A stretch of DNA of 64,000 bases from an uncultured Gammaproteobacteria bacterium (GTDB lineage: Bacteria; Pseudomonadota; Gammaproteobacteria; Natronospirales; JAIVGZ01): positions 3,461-67,460 of the forward strand of contig CAYODZ010000187.1 of the NCBI GenBank assembly GCA_964402835.1, in the 5' to 3' direction. Numbering within the stretch: position 1 is the first letter of the stretch; every line of letters starts with the position of its first letter. The notes below the pieces were generated by a model. That model worked only from the letters and a program-made list of their open reading frames with translations. It searched no databases and was not told the DNA's origin. Both the position numbers and the translations under genes were made by a program. Positions 37,258 to 45,840 of the stretch are shown piece by piece.

Positions 37258-39005
37258 TCAATCCTCCCGACCGGGTAAATGTTCAGTCGTTCGTCAAAGT
37301 AAGGGGTGCGTTCATAAAACCAGTACAGCCGCGCGCGTGGGCTTGCGGCAAATTCAGGGTCGTCACTCAGGCGTTTCTCGAATTCAGCCTTCAGCGCCGG
37401 GTCCTTGGCCATCATCTCGCGCGCCATGCGCTCAAGGACGCGGGGTTCTGCATACTCCTTGGATTCGAAAATATGGTCGAAGAACCCCCATCGGAGCATC
37501 GAGTCGGGTGCGTGGGGCTCGAGCAGATGCATGATCACGTTCGCGGTCGGCTGCGCGAGCGACACTACGGCGGACCCTGCGGGATAGGTGATCGTCCGGG
37601 TGATGGGCTCGGCCTCGAACTGGGTGATCATGTGCCGGTTCTCAAAAGGCCGCGTTGCCCACTGGACCGAGGTGAACCGCCACGTCCGGACACTCATCTC
37701 CGCGGCATTCTCTAGCCGTCGATACGCGATGCCGTGCAGATCGAGACGCTCGATCACGTCGGTCAACGCCGCTGGCACCACATACTCGCGTGGTGTCGTC
37801 GCGTCGACGTCGACCACGAGGTCATCGTAAATGGGCACGGTCAGGGTGACCGGGGCGTCTGGGTCGTACTGCACCCATGTGCCACCCGAGACATCGCTGT
37901 CGGTGCGCGTGTACTCGACGGCGAGAAACTCATAAGGGCGAGATTCTTCGGTCAGCTTCAATTGCAGCGTGTAGGTGCCGGCATCCTCATGCCGCGTCGC
38001 GGTTGCCGCATCGGCGGCATCGACGGCTGCGCGCAAGCGTCCCGGGTTCGCATTCAAGTGGCGCAGCGTCTCGACCAGTATGTCGTACGCGCCGTCCACC
38101 CGAGTGCGGTAATCCTTGAGCATGTGCATTTCGACGAGCAGGCCCGGGCGATTCCGGACCGCCGTATAGCCGGTCGAATAGCGCGGCTCGGAGTGGAACA
38201 CTTCGAAGCCCTTCGCGACATCGGTCCCGTCTTTGAGCACGATGTAGGGCGCGAGCTTGTGGCCGCCAGCCTCGAGCGCCGGGAATATCGATTCGATGAA
38301 CGCGGCCTGCTGCCACGCGACCAACGCCGGGTCCGCGTTGTCGAAGAGTTCGAGGCCGTAGGTGATGTCGTACTGGTAGTCGGCGCCGTTGGTGTTGTGG
38401 ATGTCGATGAACAGGTCGGGCAGCCACGCATTGAAGAGCTTCAGCCACGCGCGCATTTCGGGCGCGTCGGCCTTCAAGAAGTCCCGGTTCAGGTTGTAGT
38501 TCTGCGCAGTTGCGCGCCATCCCGATTCCTCGGGCCCGTTCTGGTTGATGCGGGTATGCGGATGGAATCGTTCGTGGCCGTCGACGTTGAAAATTGGAAT
38601 GAACAGTACGATGACATTGTCGAGCAGGTCGCGATGCTTGCCATCGATCGCGATGTCGCGCAGCAACGCAAGGCCCGCGTCCTTGCCCTCGATTTCGCCC
38701 GGATGGATGCCGGCCTCGACCAGGACGATTTCCTTGCCAGACGCCCGCGCCGCCGCCGGCGTGAACGCGCCGTCGGACGAGGCGACGAGCACCGCGATGT
38801 CACGACCCTCGGGCGACTTGCCGAACACCTGGTAGTCAATCAGCGTGGACTCAGCGGCGAGGCGCTGTGCCCACGCGAGCGTGTCGGCGTGCCGCGCGGT
38901 CCGCGCATAGCCGCTGGTCTCGGCAAGCGTCTGCCAGCCGGAATCGTTACCCATACTGTCTCCTGAAGCGAACCACAGGCAAGCGAGGAGTGCGAACGTC
39001 CGCAT
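37254..39005 (-). CDS. exported M14 family zinc carboxypeptidase-like protein
   Basis: ORF 37254..39209 trimmed to ATG 39005 (MRTFALLACLWFASG signal), because the upstream 68 codons are Arg-rich noise overlapping the previous gene. HxxE zinc motif GIHPGEIEG and the motif NVDGHER. Confidence 0.72.
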   Translation of the reverse strand: MRTFALLACLWFASGDSMGNDSGWQTLAETSGYARTARHADTLAWAQRLAAESTLIDYQVFGKSPEGRDIAVLVASSDGAFTPAAARASGKEIVLVEAGIHPGEIEGKDAGLALLRDIAIDGKHRDLLDNVIVLFIPIFNVDGHERFHPHTRINQNGPEESGWRATAQNYNLNRDFLKADAPEMRAWLKLFNAWLPDLFIDIHNTNGADYQYDITYGLELFDNADPALVAWQQAAFIESIFPALEAGGHKLAPYIVLKDGTDVAKGFEVFHSEPRYSTGYTAVRNRPGLLVEMHMLKDYRTRVDGAYDILVETLRHLNANPGRLRAAVDAADAATATRHEDAGTYTLQLKLTEESRPYEFLAVEYTRTDSDVSGGTWVQYDPDAPVTLTVPIYDDLVVDVDATTPREYVVPAALTDVIERLDLHGIAYRRLENAAEMSVRTWRFTSVQWATRPFENRHMITQFEAEPITRTITYPAGSAVVSLAQPTANVIMHLLEPHAPDSMLRWGFFDHIFESKEYAEPRVLERMAREMMAKDPALKAEFEKRLSDDPEFAASPRARLYWFYERTPYFDERLNIYPVGRIE

Positions 39006-39025
39006 CCACCGAATGGTACCACCGG

Positions 39026-40858
39026 TCAGTCGGCGGGCGGGTACTCCTGAGCGCCGACCACGAGTGCACCGGGCCCTGCATGGACACCGAGTGCCGGGCC
39101 GACTTCGACGAGCCACGACGCCTGCACGTCCGGCAGCGCCGCCACGAGCATCTCGCGCAGGCGCGCGGCATCCCCGGGCGCGTTGCCGTGACTCACAATG
39201 AGGCGCCATGACTTTGCGGGGTCAAGTCGTTTCAATACAAAGCGCGCGAATTTACCGACCATGTCCTGTTTGCCGAACAACACGCCGCCAACGCCGACCC
39301 GACCGTCCGGTAGCGCAGTGAGAATGGGCCGCAATCGTAGGAAATCGGCAACGGTCTGTTTAGTCCGACTTACACGACCGCCGCGCACCGCGTGTTTGAG
39401 GTCGGCAATCGCCGCCCAGGTGAAGGTGCGCGGACGCATCATCTCGAGCCGTGAGGTGATTTCGTCGAGCGGCTTGCCGGCTTGAGCGAGTTCGGCCGCG
39501 TACATCGCGAGCAGCCCCTGACCTGCCGCGACGTTCATCGAATCGATGACGCGTACCGGCCCGCCGTCGACGCGCGACGCGGCGGACTCGGCCGCCTGAC
39601 AGGTGCCGCTGACACGCCGCGTCAGACTGACGGAGAGTACGGCATCGTGGTGCGTGGTCAGGAACTGGAATTGGCGGCGGAAATCGCCCGGCGCCGGTTG
39701 CGACGTCATCGGCTGGTGATCGGCACGGGCGAGCGCCTCGTAAAATTCACGCGGCGAAATCGAGACCTTGTCGAGGTAACTCCGATCGCCGAAATGCAGA
39801 CGCAGCGGGACGATATGGATGTTCAGACGCTCGAGTTCGCTGTCCGGGATGTCGGCGCCGGAGTCGGTGATCACCGCAACGCCGCGCGCGTGGGCTGCGG
39901 CCGTTGAGCTTTGGGCCTGCATATCGTCGGCTTTCTGGCTCGAGAGCGTGCCGAACATTTCCGCGATCAGGAACGCTTGTGCAGGGCTGTCGACGTGGAC
40001 GTGGACTTTGACCTTTTGCTTGGTGCCCGCGATGACGAGGCTCGAGCCGATTTCGGCGAGCTGCTCGCGCAGCGCCCGTCGGTCGATGTTTGTGCCGCTG
40101 ATGACGCATTCCGTGCAGTAACGGTGCTCGAGGTCGCCGGAATCGGCGGACGCCATCTGGTCGAACCCGGCGTCCGCCTCGCCCGCGGCAATCGGCGGCA
40201 AGCCGTCGCGCAGCGAGCCGCTATTGATGTACTCGACGACGCCGCGCAGAAGTTCCACGAATCCCGCGGCGCCCGCGTCGACAACATTCGCTCGTCGCAG
40301 CGCGTCGAGTTGCGCGGTGGTTCCAGCCAACGAGCTTTCCGCAGCTTTCAGTCCGTTCTCAAGTAGCGAGGCGAGGTCGCGCACCTGGCCGGTCGCGAGT
40401 TGCGCCTCGAGCGACACGGCGAAGTCTGTCAGTACCGTTAGGAGCGTTCCCTCCTTCGGTTCGCTGAGCGCTTCGCGCGCGTAGTCGGCGCCGAGGCGGA
40501 CCGCACGCGTGAACCGTTTGACCGACAACATACGCAGGGCCGTCGCGCCATCGCTCATGCCTTGAAAGAACTGCGCGAGGATCGCACCCGAATTGCCGCG
40601 GGCACCGTCGAGCGCGGAATCGGCGAGCGCGTTCAGGAGGTTACCGACGTGTCGGTCGAGGTTGTTGGTGACGCCAGCGAGTACCGCGCTCAGCGTTAAG
40701 GAGATATTTGTGCCCGTGTCACCGTCAGCGACCGGGAACACATTGATCTTGTTCAGATGCTCCTGGCGCGCGATGACGCGCTGTATGCCGGCATGCAACG
40801 CGCGGTGGAGGCGAAATCCGTCGATATACCCGATGCCGGGTGTGCTAACCGCTGACAT
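39026..40858 (-). CDS. DAK2 (DhaL/FakA-like) domain fused to DegV (FakB-like) fatty-acid-binding domain
   Basis: ORF 39026..40972 trimmed to ATG 40858. N-terminus: INVFPVADGDTGTNISLT (DAK2 Mg-nucleotide motif). Middle: VDAGAAGF, HRYCTECVI, GSSLVIAGTKQKVKVHVHVDSP (FakA/YloV-like). C-terminus: VAVITDSGADIP...IVPLRLHFGDRSYLD...MTSQPAPGDF...VSGTCQAA (DegV pattern). Confidence 0.8.
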   Translation of the reverse strand: MSAVSTPGIGYIDGFRLHRALHAGIQRVIARQEHLNKINVFPVADGDTGTNISLTLSAVLAGVTNNLDRHVGNLLNALADSALDGARGNSGAILAQFFQGMSDGATALRMLSVKRFTRAVRLGADYAREALSEPKEGTLLTVLTDFAVSLEAQLATGQVRDLASLLENGLKAAESSLAGTTAQLDALRRANVVDAGAAGFVELLRGVVEYINSGSLRDGLPPIAAGEADAGFDQMASADSGDLEHRYCTECVISGTNIDRRALREQLAEIGSSLVIAGTKQKVKVHVHVDSPAQAFLIAEMFGTLSSQKADDMQAQSSTAAAHARGVAVITDSGADIPDSELERLNIHIVPLRLHFGDRSYLDKVSISPREFYEALARADHQPMTSQPAPGDFRRQFQFLTTHHDAVLSVSLTRRVSGTCQAAESAASRVDGGPVRVIDSMNVAAGQGLLAMYAAELAQAGKPLDEITSRLEMMRPRTFTWAAIADLKHAVRGGRVSRTKQTVADFLRLRPILTALPDGRVGVGGVLFGKQDMVGKFARFVLKRLDPAKSWRLIVSHGNAPGDAARLREMLVAALPDVQASWLVEVGPALGVHAGPGALVVGAQEYPPAD

Positions 40859-40874
40859 TCGGCCGACTATATAA

Positions 40875-41414
40875 CTATTGCGCAGGGATGCGGAAGCGGA
40901 CCCCGCGCCACTCAAGCTCAGCGCCGTCGGGTAGTACCGAGATAAGACGCAGGCCGTCCTGCACGATGTCACCTTCGCGATAGAGGCGCCCGTTCAGCAT
41001 CACGAACCGTCTCGTCGCGTTGTCCGACCAGACGTGGGCATCGACGGCAAGCGGCGGCACGGAGGCCCGCACAGCGGTCGACAACGTCGATAGCAAGGGT
41101 GCAGGCGGGAGCGCGGGGGTGTCCACGGCCGCGCGTGTCGGCACCGAGATCTCGGCGAGCGAACTCCCGTGGACGGGTGGCGTAATTTCGATGACGCTCG
41201 GCGCCGCCGCGGGTGCCGTTGAGGTCTGGAAGCTGGGTCGAGTGAGCCATCCGGCGATACCCGCGCCAACCACAGCGACGAGCGCGACCCACAGCGCAGT
41301 CCGCGTCAGAGGGCGTGGTTGCGCGCGCGGCGGCATTGCCTGCGTCACGCGCCGGCTGACATCCCGCTCACGCGAACGATCGGCTCGCCGTAGTGCGTCA
41401 AGAATCAGGGACAT
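40875..41414 (-). CDS. gspB: GspB/ExeB-like type II secretion accessory protein
   Basis: 179 aa. N-terminus MSLILDALRRADRSRE, one TM helix, and a C-terminal T2SSB-like block (FVMLNGRLYREGDIVQDGLRLISVLPDGAELEW). 17-nt overlap with exeA. Confidence 0.65.
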   Translation of the reverse strand: MSLILDALRRADRSRERDVSRRVTQAMPPRAQPRPLTRTALWVALVAVVGAGIAGWLTRPSFQTSTAPAAAPSVIEITPPVHGSSLAEISVPTRAAVDTPALPPAPLLSTLSTAVRASVPPLAVDAHVWSDNATRRFVMLNGRLYREGDIVQDGLRLISVLPDGAELEWRGVRFRIPAQ

Positions 41415-42960
41415 GAGCGCTCAGGCGTGGACCGCCGCTGGCGGAGATTCCGTCAAGATGGACGAGTGTTTGCTCGCCGGCGACGCCGTCGACGGCGAGG
41501 CCCAGTGATTGTTGAAACTCGCGCACGTTGGCTTCGAGCTCCGCGTCGAAAACCATCCCTTCGGGTGCTTCGAACGCCCGGCGGAGCCATGCGACGCTCT
41601 CGCCCACGTAGCCTCGTTGCAACGCGGATTCCGGAATTGGCGGTCGCCATAGCAGCAGGTATTCCCCAAGCCAGAGTTGATCGAGGGCGAGCAACGGGAC
41701 TTCACGTGTTTCACCATCAATCCACAGTCGCGCAGCAGCGCGGTCAATACCGACCAGCAATACGGTGCGTGTGACGCCGTCCGCACGCAGCTCGAGTAGC
41801 GCTGGACGGTCCAGTACGCGCAGGTTGTTCCACGTGCCGCGCCCGCGAACGCACGCGAGATTCGCATCTGCAGCCGCCGTGCATAGGTGCTCGGGCAGTC
41901 CAGCGGGTGGCGCCACACCCCAGCGGTCGAGCAACGCCGCGGAAGCGCCCGCGAGGTTGTCGGCCGCAGGCAGCGTCAGCGCTGCACCGGACACGCGTTC
42001 GGGTTCCGGCGCCGGAACGCGCACGAGCATCGGGACGGGGTCGACGACCATCGGCATCGGCGGCGCGAGATGCCAGGCGACGGCGCTACCGACGGTTGCG
42101 ACAAACGCCGCGACCCCAATCGCTGCGGCCCAACGCACGCGCGGTGTCTCGAGTTCGCCGGCCACCTCTCGGGCGGCGCGCCTGACGAGCGCCGCATCGA
42201 CGCGGCGCGCGCCGTCTGCAAACGCGCCGAGCAACGCACGATCGCAGACGATGTTGATGCGACGCGGGATACCTCCGCTCATGCGGTGAACTGCGCGCAG
42301 CGCGCGTGGCGTGAAAAGTGTGTCGCCCGCGCCGCCCACCTCAAGACGATGCCGCACATACGCCGCGGTTTCCCGTGGGTCCAGCGGTTCAAGGTGGTAA
42401 CGGGCGGTGATTCGCTGCGCAAGCTGTCGAAGATCATTCCGCGCAAGCGTGTCGCGAAGTTCCGGTTGTCCAATGAGAAGAATCTGTAGCAGCTTCTCAC
42501 GGTGTGTTTCGAGATTTGTCAGTAGGCGAATCTGTTCAAGCAGGTTGACGTCGAGATTCTGCGCCTCGTCGACGATCAACACGGTGCGTCGACCGCGTTC
42601 GTGCGCAGCGAGTAGATGGTGGTTCAGCGCGTCGGTGAGTTGTTTCGGAGAGTGTGGATCGGCCGGAAGCGGGACGCCCAGTTCGTCGCAGATCGTTTCC
42701 AGAAATTCAGTGAGCGATACGCGTGGGTTGTAAACGAGCGCCGCGTCGACATTCGTCGGCAATTGATCGAGCAGAGTGCGAGTCAGCGTCGTCTTGCCGG
42801 TCCCGACCTCGCCGGTCAACTGAATGAAGCCGCCGCCTTCCGTCACGCCGAATAGAAGGTGTGCCAGCGCTTCGCGATGGCGTTCGCTGAGATAGAGGTA
42901 ACGCGGGTCCGGTGTTATCGAGAAAGGCCGGTCGCGGAGGCGGAACCAGTCGGCATACAT
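41398..42960 (-). CDS. exeA: ExeA/GspA (MshM-like) AAA ATPase with C-terminal peptidoglycan-binding domain
   Basis: 520 aa. N-terminus MYADWFRLRDRPFSITPDPRYLY, Walker A GEVGTGKT, and a C-terminal PG_binding_1-like block (VREFQQSLGLAVDGVAGEQTLVHL). Confidence 0.8.
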   Translation of the reverse strand: MYADWFRLRDRPFSITPDPRYLYLSERHREALAHLLFGVTEGGGFIQLTGEVGTGKTTLTRTLLDQLPTNVDAALVYNPRVSLTEFLETICDELGVPLPADPHSPKQLTDALNHHLLAAHERGRRTVLIVDEAQNLDVNLLEQIRLLTNLETHREKLLQILLIGQPELRDTLARNDLRQLAQRITARYHLEPLDPRETAAYVRHRLEVGGAGDTLFTPRALRAVHRMSGGIPRRINIVCDRALLGAFADGARRVDAALVRRAAREVAGELETPRVRWAAAIGVAAFVATVGSAVAWHLAPPMPMVVDPVPMLVRVPAPEPERVSGAALTLPAADNLAGASAALLDRWGVAPPAGLPEHLCTAAADANLACVRGRGTWNNLRVLDRPALLELRADGVTRTVLLVGIDRAAARLWIDGETREVPLLALDQLWLGEYLLLWRPPIPESALQRGYVGESVAWLRRAFEAPEGMVFDAELEANVREFQQSLGLAVDGVAGEQTLVHLDGISASGGPRLSAHVPDS

Positions 42961-42977
42961 GCCTCGATTCTACCTGC

Positions 42978-43562
42978 TCAGGCCTCCGGCGCGATGTACC
43001 CCGGCGGGAATTCGGCGATGATTTCGCTGACGGCTGCGGCAATCGCCTCATCGGTGTAGTTCTGCGCGTCGACGGTATTGCGTACCCATCCGCGCCACAT
43101 CAGGTCGCGGGTGTCGGCGTTGAGGACGTCGATTATCAATGTGCCTTCCTGATAGCCCTCGATGCGCGGGAAATAATGGTCGCCAACATGCATCGAGCCG
43201 TAGCCATGTCGCCAAGGGCGCCCGATACCCAGTCCGATGCTGAAGCCGCCGCGATCGCGCAGGCGCTCACGACTCGCAGTGTGGTATGTGACGAGGAAAT
43301 CCGCATCCGCAGGATGCTCGGTGCGGGAATAGCCGCGCTGTAGCAACGCATTGCCAACCGCGCGCTGGACTTTGCGCGTGAGAAGCTGGCTGTCGAGTAC
43401 CGGATCCTCGATGTCGTCGACGACCGGATCGAGCCAGGCGAATGTCTGTAACGTGTCAAAGCGCGCGCTGCCATCGTAGTCAGTCGCGACGCGGCTGCCC
43501 GCACACGCGGCGAGCACGAGTGCGGCAAGGCCGATGACAGCATGTTTTAGCGAGGTCTTCAT
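42978..43562 (-). CDS. DUF4136 family lipoprotein
   Basis: Lipobox LVLAAC. C-terminal pattern GTLIIDVLNADTRDLMWRGW is typical of DUF4136. Confidence 0.62.
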   Translation of the reverse strand: MKTSLKHAVIGLAALVLAACAGSRVATDYDGSARFDTLQTFAWLDPVVDDIEDPVLDSQLLTRKVQRAVGNALLQRGYSRTEHPADADFLVTYHTASRERLRDRGGFSIGLGIGRPWRHGYGSMHVGDHYFPRIEGYQEGTLIIDVLNADTRDLMWRGWVRNTVDAQNYTDEAIAAAVSEIIAEFPPGYIAPEA

Positions 43563-43614
43563 ACGGTTGATTGGACCGCCGGAAACGTGCGAGGTTCCGT
43601 GCGCAACCGAACGC

Positions 43615-44049
43615 TTAATACGAAGTCGAGATGTATTGGCGCATCGATTCCGCTTCGGCTTGGGTCTCCTCCATCCGCGCCTTCACGACGTCCCCGATGG
43701 AAATAATGCCGACGAGCGCGCCGTTTTCCACGACCGGGACGTGTCGGAAACGATGACGCGTCATGAGTTGCATCACGGATTCGATGCTCGCGTCGGGCGA
43801 TGTTGTGTGCACTGGCGTACTCATCAACTCACCGGTCGTCTGGCGTCCGAGTTGTTCGCCGTGCCGCGCAAACTGACGCAACACATCGCGCTCGGTGAGG
43901 ATACCGGCCGGAAGACCATCTGGGCCTGCAACGATTGCGCTGCCAACGCCACGGTCGCACATTGCTGCGACGGTTTTCGTGATGGTGTCATCACGCTCTA
44001 CGAGCAGCACATCACCACCTTTTTGATCGAGGATTTTCCGCACTGTCAT
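43615..44049 (-). CDS. CBS domain pair protein
   Basis: 144 aa with two CBS motifs (...AAMCDRGVGSAIV..., ...MTRHRFRHVPVVENGALVGIISIGDVV). Confidence 0.8.
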   Translation of the reverse strand: MTVRKILDQKGGDVLLVERDDTITKTVAAMCDRGVGSAIVAGPDGLPAGILTERDVLRQFARHGEQLGRQTTGELMSTPVHTTSPDASIESVMQLMTRHRFRHVPVVENGALVGIISIGDVVKARMEETQAEAESMRQYISTSY

Positions 44050-44085
44050 AAGGCCGCCTCCGGATGCGCGAGTCTGTAGACAAGT

Positions 44086-45840
44086 ATGGACCTATTGCGA
44101 CAGTTCTCAAGTCGGGCTACTTTAGCGCCCGTCGGCGACGGAGTTGCCGTCCTTTTCCTCCGTCGTCGAAGGATACAAAATCGAATGAGTCACCCCGAAC
44201 GCCGCCACCAGGCGGTGACGGCCTTGATGCGCCAACTATTTCGCCAAGACCTGACCGGCGTATCTGTCGATGGGTTTGCGTCGTTGTTTCTCGAACAGTT
44301 GACCGGTCTGCTGATGCTGGATACTGCGGTGCTCATCCTCGATGGCCGTATCCGCGCGGTGGGTCGGGTGCCCGACCGTGCCACGCTTGAGGAGGACGAC
44401 TCGCTTTCCTGGGCACGCGACGAGGGTGCGGGCGTGGAGCTTGCGTTGGGTAACGTAGGCGGAGAGATCGCGGAGTCCGCGCTGGGTATTTTCGTCTGCC
44501 TCGTCGAGCGGCGGCGCGCCGAGCAACGGCTGATGCACGATGCTTTCCACGACGCATTGACCGGGCTGCCGAATCGCGCATTGTTCCTCGAGCATCTCGA
44601 CCACGCGATGGAGCGTGCTCGACGGTCGTCGGGTTACATGTTCTCCGTTCTATTTATCGACCTCGATCGTTTCAAGCTCGTCAACGATGGGCTTGGGCAC
44701 GACGCCGGGGACAAACTGTTGGTTGGTTTCGCGCAGCGGCTTCGTCGACTGGTGCGTGGTGGAGACGTCGTCGCGCGCCTCGGCGGTGACGAGTTTGCGA
44801 TCCTTGCGGACGAGCTCGCGGAGGTCAACGACGCAATCCAGATGGCGAGCCGGATTAAAAACGGCATGCAGGCTCCGTTCGAGTTTGACGGTCGCACAAT
44901 CAGCATGAGCGCGAGCGTCGGCGTCGCGCGGAGCGCGCCGAGATATGAGCAGGGCAGCGAGCTATTGCGAGATGCAGACATCGCGATGTGTCGCGCGAAG
45001 GCGCAAGGCGGCGGCACGCATCTGATGTTTGATGCTGAGATGCACGCCAGCAGCGTGGCCCGTATGCAACTGGAGACGGACTTACGGGCCGCGGTGGGTG
45101 GAAATCAACTGCGTCTCGCTTACCAGCCAATCATCCGGGTCGCGGATGGACGACTCGCGGGTTTCGAGGCGTTGTTGCGGTGGCGTCACCCCACGCGCGG
45201 CAATATTCCGCCGGCTGATTTCATCAGTGTGGCGGAGGAAACCGGCTTGATCGTACGCATCGGGCGGTGGACGCTCGGCGAAGTTTGTCGGCGCTTGTCG
45301 GTGCTGAACCACAATCGTGCTTCCCCGGTTTCCATCAGCGTAAACCTGTCGGACCGTGAATTCTTGCAGCCGGGTCTCGTCAACGAGATTGAATACGCGC
45401 TACGGGAGCATGGCGTGCGTCCGGAAACGTTGCATATCGAACTCACCGAGCGAATGTTGATGGCGCACACGTCAATAGCGACCGAGGTGTTGCCCCGCCT
45501 CCGGGAAATCGGCGTGAAGTTGATGCTCGATGACTTCGGAACCGGACAGTCGTCGCTGAGCCGGCTCGAGCGCCTGCCGGTCGACGCACTGAAGCTCGAC
45601 TATTCGTTCATTCGGGGTATGGATACAAACCGTGTGCGCGGCGGTATTGTGCGCGCGGTCGTTGGTCTCGCCCATGACCTCGATATCAAGGTCGTCGCCG
45701 AGGGTGTTGAGAGCGCGGAGCAGCTCAATTTATTGCGCGCGGCGGGATGCGATTTCGCGCAGGGCTACCTTTTCTCTGAGGCGCTTGAGGACCGTAGCGT
45801 CAGTCCGATGCTCGCGCGCGAGGCTTGGCTACCGGCGTGA
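44086..45840 (+). CDS. GGDEF-EAL dual-domain cyclic-di-GMP signalling protein
   Basis: GGDEF motif RLGGDEFAIL, EAL motif FEALLRW, and DDFGTGQSSLS. The ~150-aa N-terminal region has no fold I recognise. An alternative start is ATG 44185 (AAGGA upstream). Confidence 0.85.
   Translation: MDLLRQFSSRATLAPVGDGVAVLFLRRRRIQNRMSHPERRHQAVTALMRQLFRQDLTGVSVDGFASLFLEQLTGLLMLDTAVLILDGRIRAVGRVPDRATLEEDDSLSWARDEGAGVELALGNVGGEIAESALGIFVCLVERRRAEQRLMHDAFHDALTGLPNRALFLEHLDHAMERARRSSGYMFSVLFIDLDRFKLVNDGLGHDAGDKLLVGFAQRLRRLVRGGDVVARLGGDEFAILADELAEVNDAIQMASRIKNGMQAPFEFDGRTISMSASVGVARSAPRYEQGSELLRDADIAMCRAKAQGGGTHLMFDAEMHASSVARMQLETDLRAAVGGNQLRLAYQPIIRVADGRLAGFEALLRWRHPTRGNIPPADFISVAEETGLIVRIGRWTLGEVCRRLSVLNHNRASPVSISVNLSDREFLQPGLVNEIEYALREHGVRPETLHIELTERMLMAHTSIATEVLPRLREIGVKLMLDDFGTGQSSLSRLERLPVDALKLDYSFIRGMDTNRVRGGIVRAVVGLAHDLDIKVVAEGVESAEQLNLLRAAGCDFAQGYLFSEALEDRSVSPMLAREAWLPA

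Noticed and set aside
36076-38966. 400-aa (36076..37278) and 410-aa (37734..38966) + strand ORFs
   Set aside because: They are antisense to the M28 and M14 peptidase genes. Their composition is low-complexity and Arg-rich, and they have no start context or homology signal.
37254-39209. Long N-terminal extensions in ORF-track models (for example 37254..39209, 34532..35710, 4559..5152, 1120..2262, 15345..16001, 39026..40972, 60160..62949)
   Set aside because: The extensions are Arg/Pro/Cys-rich, overlap the upstream gene, and precede obvious native N-termini (signal peptides or conserved starts). I trimmed them to internal starts that give ATGA/TGATG junctions.
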